The position numbers were made by a program, and so were the translations under genes. The notes beneath the pieces are model-generated. The model had not been told where the DNA came from. It did no database searches and saw nothing but the letters and a program-made list of their open reading frames with translations. From a virus (taxonomy: Duplodnaviria > Caudoviricetes), in IMG/VR virus record IMGVR_UViG_3300025168_000078, positions 1,949-65,948 of that record: 64,000 nucleotides of DNA; one strand, given 5' to 3'. Position 1 is the first letter of the stretch. Each line of letters opens with the position of its first letter. Shown here piece by piece: positions 35,974 to 46,300 of the stretch.

Positions 35974-38900
35974 TTAATATGCTGACGTACTACCCACATT
36001 TATTCTTCCACCACTATTAGGTGTTTGAGTTCTATTTCCACCATTAGGGGTTTGGGTTGGGGATATTCCTCGTGTAGGAACATCTGTGGGTCCTGAATTA
36101 TTACTATTACCTAAGGTATATGTATTTACCCACTCAACACCAGATGCGCCCAATTCTCTAAAACCATCAACACATACAAAATTATCAGTTCCACCTTGTT
36201 TTGTAAATATCTGTTGTGATGTATACTTTTTTTTATTAGTGTGAAATTCATTCGCTAAAAGATTTGTGACGTAACTAACTATTTCACTACCAAATAACTC
36301 TCCTTGATTATCAATAGTGTAGCTATTGGAGTAGGAGGATGTGGGGTTTACTGTTACCCCACTAATAATATTATTATAATATTCTGTACCAACTAAAGGA
36401 TTGGCGGGGGGTGGGAACGATATAGGCATAGTTGAAAATTGTGGGTTATTTGTTCCTGTGTACCCACTTAATGCTATATTTAATGCTCCTGTTGTCGCAC
36501 TTTGACTTACAGTCCCTGATAAACTAAAACATCTATATACAAATTTATCTCTATGAAATACTGAATTTTGTACTTTTACACCACTTGTCCATAAAGTAGT
36601 CGCGGGGACCATTTGTTCTATAATTTTAATCCAGTAATCACCCATTGCTTGAGCATACTCTATCATTTTATTATACGTATATTGATTATTACCACCACAA
36701 TTTTTAGTTAAGTAATCAATATACATTTGTTGTAGGGTTGGGTATCCACCAGTTCTTCCATCATTTATAGTCATCCTATTCTTGGTGTCGATAAAAAGTC
36801 TCCAAAAATACCTATTAAATGTCTTAAAATCATATTTTTTAGCGTCTATTTGTGGGTTTGTTGAATCCCAGATACCACCAAAATTAGGGTATGGTGGTGG
36901 TAACGAACCACCACTAAACATACAATTACTTTTTACTGATTGTTGCCAAACATCATAAACTAACGCCTGACCCACATTTAAACTTAAATCAACATTTTTT
37001 ACATTTATAACCAATCTTTCATCTGTGGTTTGGTAGTAGGCATCTCTATTTTTAAATGTAAAGTCTCTAGTTTGTAGTCCTGGGTCTTGGTGCACCCACG
37101 ATTTCTTATCGTCTATAACCCTATTTAAACCAAATCCGAAAGGCATATGTGGAAATCTCCAAAATCTATCTAAATAAGGTGATTTTACATCGTTAGAGTA
37201 TTTTCCAGCGGTCCAAAATCCCCCCCACGTAAAATCTACAAACTTTTGTACTATGGTTGGGTTACACCCACTTATGGTTGAGTTGTCATTATCTATAACC
37301 AGCTCTGATTGGTGGTCTTCCGTTCTTTCAAACCAACCGGCTCCTCTTTGGAAAAAATAGTTGTTTGTTACTCTAGGTTGTGTAGGGTACCCATCTTTAG
37401 TTACTGGGTAATCACCTTGCTCCCCATTTATATCATATAATTTAAATGGGTTTTGTGTTGTAGCTGTCGCTATATACCACCCAGGTAGTCCTTGGTTGAC
37501 CAGGACTGGACTATATTTAATCTTACCACTTGTGTATGACCCACCGGATATTGTTGACCATATGTAGTCAAATTTATCCATATTAAATTTTGTGTCAGCT
37601 ATAACCACATATTCATTAAATTCTATTAAAGCTTCTGGTGCCCCTAATAAGCCCAATAAAAATTCTATAGATTTTCTTGTACCTTTGGACTTAAATAAAT
37701 AAGACGTATTCATTAGTATTCTTCTATATAATTCAACGTCTAATTCGGCTGGTGTTTTTCCTATGCTGGAACCAGAATATTGTGGTGTGGATACACCTAA
37801 AACACTATTCAAAAAAGTATCATTGTCTAGTGTGGATGGGGTTGCCCACCCTAAAGTTTGTGCAAAATTCTTAATTAATTTATTAGGTATATTATTAGTA
37901 CCTTCATAGGTAACGTTAGTCATATAAGCAATACCGTCTACATAGGTTTTTATATCATCAAAACTTCTTCCATATATCTGAAGTGTTTTTTCTACTTTTT
38001 GTCCTGATGTGTCAAATTCTTTTAGTATCGGGGAAGTTAAAAATCTAGATACCAGGTTAGTTTTTTCCATGTCTAGTTCATCACCTATATTAGATAGTTC
38101 GGTTAAGTAGTCGGTATATTTAGTGGTTGTTACATCTATATTTATATCATCTTGTAACGGCCATGTCTTATCTACGTAATTATAAAAAGTTTTTCCGAAA
38201 GTATTTTCCCCAATAGTGGTAAATGTTGAAGTATATATAGGTCTTATGTCTCTATTCATTAAAAACCCTTCAACTCCTTTGAACAGTTTAAATTGTTCTT
38301 CCGATTTTTCTATATTTGGTTTTATATAAAATGGTGTAGTTGTTGTCGTCGCTGTCCCAAATGGTTTACCTTTAATGACTAATTCGATATATGTTGTTGA
38401 TGTGTTTTGGGGTGTTAGTTCTATAATTTTATATTCTTTAGCGTTTACCGTCCCCGTAAAACTTATTGCGTAATTTTTAAATTCTTTTGTTAGATTTCTT
38501 AGTTTAGCTACGGTACCATCAGCGACATTCACTAACGTATTAGCGGTATAACCAAACATATCCAAATTATTAATAATTTGTTCTTTAGTAACATTGTCTT
38601 TTATTAGATTTCCGTTTGTGGTAAACTCTATGTCGAATGGGTTAGATAGGTAGTTAACATTTACTTTAAGTGTTGTTTCTTGTGTCTCACTATCATAAAC
38701 AATATTAGTAGCTGTCGTATATCCTGATACATTATTTACATCTATACCATCTACAAAGATTGCTCCTGGAAAAAAATTAACAATACTTTGTGTAGCGACT
38801 GATAACCTTTTTTTAAGAGACCCATATAAAACAAGTTTTTTTATGTCATTAGTATCATTATTTATAAAAACTTCTAAATTACTATTAAGTAATAATTTAG

Positions 38901-39129
38901 CATTTTCAGTACTAGAAATATTTAAAGACTCTAGTGTTATTGGAGCGGAAAAAGATTCTAATGAGTCCGTCAGAGCAGAACTAGTAATACTTAAGTTTTG
39001 TTGTGAGGAAAAAGTACCCATAGTCATCTGGGATGTACCATCGGTAAATTGTAACCCTACTAAACTATCACTAAAAGTGTCTGTTCCTTTATTAGGTGCG
39101 GGAGGATATCTGAATCTATTACTAGCCAT
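35974..39129 (-). CDS. baseplate wedge protein (P2 gpI/T4 gp7-like motif)
   Basis: LIKNFAQTLGW...YRRIL...LFKSKGTRKSIEFLL. Confidence 0.65.
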   Translation of the reverse strand: MASNRFRYPPAPNKGTDTFSDSLVGLQFTDGTSQMTMGTFSSQQNLSITSSALTDSLESFSAPITLESLNISSTENAKLLLNSNLEVFINNDTNDIKKLVLYGSLKKRLSVATQSIVNFFPGAIFVDGIDVNNVSGYTTATNIVYDSETQETTLKVNVNYLSNPFDIEFTTNGNLIKDNVTKEQIINNLDMFGYTANTLVNVADGTVAKLRNLTKEFKNYAISFTGTVNAKEYKIIELTPQNTSTTYIELVIKGKPFGTATTTTTPFYIKPNIEKSEEQFKLFKGVEGFLMNRDIRPIYTSTFTTIGENTFGKTFYNYVDKTWPLQDDINIDVTTTKYTDYLTELSNIGDELDMEKTNLVSRFLTSPILKEFDTSGQKVEKTLQIYGRSFDDIKTYVDGIAYMTNVTYEGTNNIPNKLIKNFAQTLGWATPSTLDNDTFLNSVLGVSTPQYSGSSIGKTPAELDVELYRRILMNTSYLFKSKGTRKSIEFLLGLLGAPEALIEFNEYVVIADTKFNMDKFDYIWSTISGGSYTSGKIKYSPVLVNQGLPGWYIATATTQNPFKLYDINGEQGDYPVTKDGYPTQPRVTNNYFFQRGAGWFERTEDHQSELVIDNDNSTISGCNPTIVQKFVDFTWGGFWTAGKYSNDVKSPYLDRFWRFPHMPFGFGLNRVIDDKKSWVHQDPGLQTRDFTFKNRDAYYQTTDERLVINVKNVDLSLNVGQALVYDVWQQSVKSNCMFSGGSLPPPYPNFGGIWDSTNPQIDAKKYDFKTFNRYFWRLFIDTKNRMTINDGRTGGYPTLQQMYIDYLTKNCGGNNQYTYNKMIEYAQAMGDYWIKIIEQMVPATTLWTSGVKVQNSVFHRDKFVYRCFSLSGTVSQSATTGALNIALSGYTGTNNPQFSTMPISFPPPANPLVGTEYYNNIISGVTVNPTSSYSNSYTIDNQGELFGSEIVSYVTNLLANEFHTNKKKYTSQQIFTKQGGTDNFVCVDGFRELGASGVEWVNTYTLGNSNNSGPTDVPTRGISPTQTPNGGNRTQTPNSGGRINVGSTSAY

Positions 39130-39137
39130 AATCCTTA

Positions 39138-40058
39138 TTAAACTATTATTTGATTAAATGCTTTACTAAAATCAATATTATTTCCTCTATTTTGTCTCAC
39201 TTCATATAATTGGTCGTTAAACTCATCTCTGACTTCATATAAATCATATTGCATATAGAGGTTATTTAATCCAGATAAGTCATATAGGGTGTATATACCA
39301 TCATCAATTGACTTGGTTTGGTTACCATATAAAGCTATGGCTAGTGTATCAAAGTCATGGTCAACCATTTCTATATCTAGGACTGTTGGATTAAAGAATG
39401 TGTTAGTTATAATAACGTTTTGTCCTGGTGCACCAATAAAAGGTATTGCGTTTGGATTATTTGTTGGTGAACTAGTTGGCGTTAGAGTACAAAATATTAA
39501 ATTGGTTTCGGAATTAGTATATGTATACCTAGGTGATTGTTGATTAGGTTGTGAACTAGTTGCTGGTTCTGCTTGACAAAAAAAGTTAGATGTGACTATC
39601 CTAAAGAAGTTGGCCCTCTTTTTGGTTACGTCGTCTATTTCCATATATTCTATTCTATACCCAACCAATCCTTGTGCCACAAATCTACCTCTAAATTGTG
39701 CTGGTATAGAATTTAAGTCAAAAACTAACCCTTTTACGTTGGGTAGTGATGATAGTATCCCACAGTCTACAATACTTGTTCTAATTTCTATAGGTCTTAT
39801 ATACACCGTATATATACCTTTGTTAGAGAATACACTAGATGGTAAATTTAGATTGTATAAACCACCTAATACTTCTGTACCACTTACACCACCTGTTGCT
39901 AGTCCGTGCGTTATAGGTGATAGTACAGCGGTAGAGGGAAGCTCATTAACTGAAAATGGTTGTGTAGCGTCCCTACTAGGTGTATAGTGATAGATTATCT
40001 GTATATCTTGTACTGATACATCTGCGGGTCTTTTTATTCCATATGCTCCTAATGCCAT
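39138..40058 (-). CDS. probable baseplate/structural protein
   Basis: 306-aa beta-rich ORF in the baseplate operon. Confidence 0.7.
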   Translation of the reverse strand: MALGAYGIKRPADVSVQDIQIIYHYTPSRDATQPFSVNELPSTAVLSPITHGLATGGVSGTEVLGGLYNLNLPSSVFSNKGIYTVYIRPIEIRTSIVDCGILSSLPNVKGLVFDLNSIPAQFRGRFVAQGLVGYRIEYMEIDDVTKKRANFFRIVTSNFFCQAEPATSSQPNQQSPRYTYTNSETNLIFCTLTPTSSPTNNPNAIPFIGAPGQNVIITNTFFNPTVLDIEMVDHDFDTLAIALYGNQTKSIDDGIYTLYDLSGLNNLYMQYDLYEVRDEFNDQLYEVRQNRGNNIDFSKAFNQIIV

Positions 40059-40280
40059 CTATATTTGTTTTTCTATTTTATAATACCCGTGTCCATGATA
40101 CTCTAATTCTCCCATGTTAGGGGTTTGTCCTAATCTTTGTGGTCTTTCAAATACACTAATAACACCTCTTTCAATAAATATATTTGACCTTGTTTCTGGA
40201 CGTGTACATACATTCATTAACACTTCTTCTTTTGTCAACGGTACTATACAACCAGTTACTTTTACAATATTAAATGCCAT
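40059..40280 (-). CDS. small structural protein (IFIERG...RLG motif)
   Basis: 73 aa with its own ATATTTATT motif at 40293-40301. Confidence 0.7.
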   Translation of the reverse strand: MAFNIVKVTGCIVPLTKEEVLMNVCTRPETRSNIFIERGVISVFERPQRLGQTPNMGELEYHGHGYYKIEKQI

Positions 40281-40330
40281 AAGTTATTTTATAATAAATA
40301 TCGGACTCTTAATTTATATTATTCATTTTA

Positions 40331-43300
40331 TTAACCTTCATTTAAATTTATTCTACTTGCTACGCACTTACACTGACTCCAACTCCATTGGTACCCCATT
40401 GCACACGATTCTGTTTGTATACAAGGAGCTTCTATTAACTCCATTGGCTCATGGTCATGGTCATGTGGGTCACTAGGCCCTCCAGTACAACAATGACCCC
40501 ATTGTTGACAAAATAAATAACAATCGTGGTTAATGTTTAGTGCCGCACCACTTGCACAGTGAACACAACAATTACTAAGTGGCATAGACTTACATGGGTC
40601 ATTTGGGTGACAGTTAACTTCTGTTTCATCTGGCTTACACTCACACGTTGGGTGGTTTTGGATAAGGTAAACTACGTTACCTGCACTATCCATACAGCAT
40701 TTTTTACAAATATCTACCGGTCCCCCCGTACAATCTTGCCAGTTACCTGAACTATCGTAACCACAATTTTTCCATGCATATCCTTGGGAATTTATAATTA
40801 AGACGTCATTGATAATTTGGCATGGTATAACACTTGTCCTAGACTCTTTTATCCCCAAAGGACCCACTACTGGGTTACTGTCCAATACACAACAATGACA
40901 ACACTGTTCATTTGCTGTGTTTGGTATACAGTCATTCTCAAAATAATTCCCATAGACCCCATTGTATGGTACGTAATTTATAGGTCCTGTTAAATCACTA
41001 GCTAAAGTAATGGCACATTCACCACACTCACCAACAGTAGGGTTACAAGGGTCACCATTATCATTAAACCCACAATCCATCCACATACCACCACCAATGT
41101 TTTGACCTATGCTTACTGATGGTTGATTCCCCAGTGCACATCTAGGTGGTGCACTCATTTTAGCTTGTAATGTAGCGTCTTGTGGGTCAGATGGGTCTAC
41201 CCACTTAACACAACAGTAACAACACTCATCATCTGGGTCCACCACACAATTATTTAGTGGGTAATTAAGTGGTGATGTCCAATTCCCTAAAAATGTAATT
41301 GGTGCGGTTAAATATAAACCTAGTGTAAGAGCACAATCCTCACAACCGATAAGTGGTGGTGAACAAGCTGCTACACACATTGGGTAACTCGCGTATTGTC
41401 CTAATCCCGTTCCTGGGTCATAGCAAGTTCCCTGGTCACAATCCCATGACTGTACCATAACATTTGGACTACAACAATTTTGTCCATAGTGGTTTTGGCA
41501 ATCACTAAGGTTAGCGTAACAACCATTACCTACTGTAAAACATGTTGGGTCTACTAAACATTCACATTCATCGTCACCCCAATCAAAACATCTATAATAT
41601 GTCTGTGGGCCACAACACGTATTTGGGTCCGTTTGACAGTCTAATAGTGATAAGCTACCACTTAGTGCTGTTGCGTCAAAAACACAATTACAAATCAATT
41701 GTTGTTGTGGGCTTAATGTTTGTTCACACACCCAAAACCCTGAAGGGGGTAAAAAACAACATGTAGTTTGACTTGCTTGACATGAAGGTAGGTTTGGAAA
41801 ACCAATAGTGGCCGCTGGGTCCCATACACAGTTACAATTACCATCACACACAAATGCTCCCGGTACTGGTGGTTCAGAACAACAGTTATTTGGGTAATCG
41901 TTTTCACAATCAAGTTTATTGTCATAAATCCCAGTTCCACTTGGTAGACATTCACATTCATCATCACCCCAATCAAAACATTCCCATTTTTGTAGTGGTT
42001 GGGTATAACAACAGAAATTAGGGTCGTTTTCACAACTAATAGCGTCAATAAATGAGTTCGGGGCAACAGCGGCTGCATTTTGTACACACGTACAATCGGA
42101 TATACAACATGGTTCTGCAATAAATCTATCACAATTAATAAATGAAAGTAACCCACCAGCTTCAGCGTTACACCCATTAGGCATTGAAGCAGTTGCTCCT
42201 AAAGAATTCCCGATAATATGAGCTATAACACTATAATCACATTGATACCCTTGGTACACCCCATAGGCTCCTACATTTAGTCCTGTATTTAACTGAACTG
42301 CTGGAGCTCCCAATGCAACCGCAGTATCAACATAATCTTTAAGTGTGTAGAACATTTGGACTGACCCGGCTATAGCGTCTAATATTAAATTATGCATACC
42401 ATTTCCTTTGACGTATTGATAGTCATTGTTTGGGGCTCTACAACATGTAGTTCCTTGTAACGCTGGAGGACATGCTAACGTCCATTTTGCCCATCTATAA
42501 GCACTAAAGTCCGCACTTATACCATATGACGCTATAATAGTTTCATAACTCCATATATCAGTAGGATAAAGGAAACTATTATTTGCCATTTCGTCGTTAA
42601 TATCTTGTGAGTCCCAACCTAAATTTACTAGATTCGAAGATTCGTTTGAATCCAGTATTGGGGTATTCACACAATGGTCAGTGTAATTACTAGGTGTAAA
42701 ACTTTGGACACATTCCCAAGGTACCGGAATATAACAACAAGTTGTAGTATCGTTTTCACACGCTGTTTGGTTTGGATACCCGGAAAGTGCTGCTGGGTCA
42801 AATATACAACTACAAACTGCTCCTACATCACATACATAATATCCTGTAGTAGCAGATTCACAACATGGGTGAGCACCAGGACCAAAGGAATCAATAACAT
42901 CTTGACAATCTTGTTCTGTATTATACTGACCTCCATTTCCAATCACACTGTTACAATAACACGGTGATGTTGTGCAAATACATAAATTAGGGTCTGCGTA
43001 GTCGTACCCACTAACATTTAGACTATTGTTAGGTATACCGTATGTTGCGGCCCATGTAGAGTCATTTCCAGATTCATTATTTGCTTGACCACAATGTATC
43101 TGAAAAGCTGCCCAATTTTCTGGGTGTGTGTTGGATAGGCTTAGTCCTAGTATCCCCAACATTGTTGCTTGGTTCACAAAATCAGCGTAGGAAGTTGTGG
43201 ATAGGCCTCCTCCAGGAATTGCTGCGTCCACTACTGGGTCAGCATTACAACTTTTTATCTTTAACCCAACACTCATCCATTGTCCACCATACGATGTATC

Positions 43301-46300
43301 ACAAGCACTATTACCAGCAGTTTCAACTCTAATTCCACTATGTGGTGTTGACTGTAGTCCGTTTGATGCGATGGCTATGTACTGCATGTACTCACTAAAG
43401 TTTGGTATCAACCCCCCAGCCCACGGTAAAGTAGGGTCTGTAGCACCATCCAAATATACGACTCCGTTACAACTGTTTGTTTGTGTACCTTCTATACAAT
43501 TCCAACTAATAACGTTAACTGGTCCGATACATCCAGTATCACATGGTATCCATATTAAATTTCCAGTACCACCACCATTTTCCCATACTGGTGTATTGGT
43601 TTGGTAGTCATTCCAATATGCTTCATACCAGTCGAATGGTGTTAAAGCTCCATGGGTAGGTTGTGTGTAACTATCAGTAACACACACGTAACAACATGTG
43701 GTACTACTATAGGAAGGTGGACCAAATGTTTGTGTAAATAACACTACGTCACCTAACTGGTATAGTGTGGTATTATCCCATATAGAACCTAGTGTAGATG
43801 GGGTAGGTGGTATTGACATAGTAGTATTGGATAAAATCCAATTGCTATTTATATTATCCCACGAATAGTAATTAACACTACCTATTTGTATACATTCATA
43901 ACAGTTACAGCAATTGTCTGTTGGTGAATTTGTATATGGTCCGTTATTAACACTAAACGTACACCCTGTCATACTATCAAATACTGGGGTACAGGTGGTT
44001 GTTTGATTTAAAAACACACATACACACCCATTTATACAATCACCACATAAAAAATTACATTCTGCTTGACATAAGGCCATAGAAGGGTATGGTCCAGAAG
44101 CAAATGTTAAAGGTGGATTGGTGGCTAGGTACCCAGTACAACCGTCTAAATCATCACAATAATATTCTGTGGTAGCTGCTGAACAAGGATAATAACCAAT
44201 TGTTGATGTTGTTGTTATCTGACAGTCTGAAGGGTTAAGTTGTGGGACGGCACCAGTACAACACAAAGTTTGCCCCCATTCCAACTCACAGAACCCACTA
44301 CCAGGTGGTGAACATTGACAGCAAAATACACATTGGTCTTCACAATCTTGAAGACTAGCAAACCCAGTACCCCCGTTAGTATAACTAACTTGACCTATCC
44401 CCCACGCTTGTGCCTGTACACTTGGAGACGCACCATTAATGTAGGATGATGATACACAAGCCGAAACTCCTGGTGTCCCATACAACCCATTTATCGCACC
44501 ATTTTGGTCACAAAAATAAGTAGTTGCTACACAACAATCACAATTATTAGTATGCATCCAACAATCAAACGCCGACACATATGTTGGTACTGGTGGTGAA
44601 GCTGGGTTGGAGAGAAATGTACAGGAGCATCCCGCAAAACTTAGTGGGTCTGGATTACAAGTCCACGTACACCACTCTTGACAGGCAGCTATACTAGTAA
44701 ATTGTCCTGGGTATGAACCGTGTCCAGGTGGTATAGGTATACACCCTAACCCCGCTGTATTTGACATTGGTTCACAATTAGAAGAATCATCACAATTAAA
44801 CGTCACACCTGAAGTATCACAACAATCTAAGGCTCCTGTTGGTGCTGCTATAGCTAAACAATCATTGAATGTAGTTAACGGAAATGTAGGTGCGAATAAC
44901 CCTGGTGGTACAGTAGGTGGGTAATTAGGATACATAATACTAGCTGTTGATAGTTGTAGTATGGTATCTGTTTGAGTTATCCAATCATATTGGGATACAC
45001 ATCCGGTTTCATCTATTCCTCCTATTATTTCCTCACAAAAACAACTTGCCCCACATTCATTATCACATGTCCCTATATCACCATAACAATTTTGTGATGT
45101 CTGAGTGAAGTTTACATCTATTACACATGAGGAGACAATACACCCAGCTGGGGTACACTCAAATGTATCACCGCTGTCACCACAACATGGTCCACAAGGT
45201 TCACCACATATAGGAGAAGGTACTGTACCTCCTGCTGTATGGTCACAAGCTAACCAACAATTAGGTGTTCCATCCGTTGCTGGACCATCATCTGGAGTAA
45301 AAACAGTGCAATCATAAACAATACCGGTACCAAGAGGGTCTGTTCCCGCTGTACCCACCCCTAACCAAGGACAAGCACAAAGATAACAACAAGGGTTGTC
45401 CATTGTACCTGGTGAATTAGGGTCCCAATAAGAAACTATATCACCTTCACCATAAAATAAATTATTATCCCAGTACCCTTTATCTGTAAATACGGGGTTA
45501 CCTGGGTCTGGTTCTAACCAATTACAAGCACACATACAACTATCAGCATCAGGACAACACTCATACTCGTCTGGTGTAGTATTGGGTATAACACATAGGT
45601 CTGTGGTACATTCAATTATATCACAATAAGGTAGTCCATACAGACCTTGTGTCACAATTGTATTCCCAGCAGCATTTGGTCCACCATGAGAACACATCTC
45701 AACATTACCAAGTGGTAAAAACCAGTAACATGGATAATATCCTGCTGGGAACATTTGGGTTGTACCTGTTCCAGCTATAAAGTCATCGTCATTACAAGCT
45801 GCGTGACAACATCTAGTTGCTTCACAACATTCGCCAGATGTAGCATACCCAGTAAATGGTGGTGGTTGAGAAAACGTTACCCCTAGTTGTGCCATAACAT
45901 AAGCACTCGGGTATTGTGTGCACCCTTCCGAGGTTGGTGTTCCATCGTCATTAAGAACACAATCCCAACCTACGTCACATTCACAATATTCGTCACATTG
46001 TGTGTAAGAGGTAAAGGTTGGTGGAACTCCGAATGGGTCTGGTGGCCAATAAGGACACCCTGGTTGACCATTATTGTTTGGGTCTGCGTACATTGAGCAA
46101 GGTGTTTGACTTGTACAATCACAAACTATACAAGTTGTTAAAGCGGTACAGTTTTGGTTACATAAATCTTCGTTAGGTACTGGCCACCCACAACCTAAAG
46201 TCCAACACGGAATACATGGTGAATTCATTGTCTCACAACTCCAACCACATTGAGTTATTCCAGCTGGATTAGCTGTTTGACAGGAATATTGGGTTGAGTA

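Noticed and set aside
41558-41981. 34-bp repeats as a CRISPR array or DGR template/variable pair
   Set aside because: Only two in-frame coding copies with one synonymous difference; no cas or reverse transcriptase gene in the window.
41713-42177. 154-aa alternative-frame ORF inside the giant gene
   Set aside because: Val-rich by-product of Cys TGT codons read out of frame; no independent signals.
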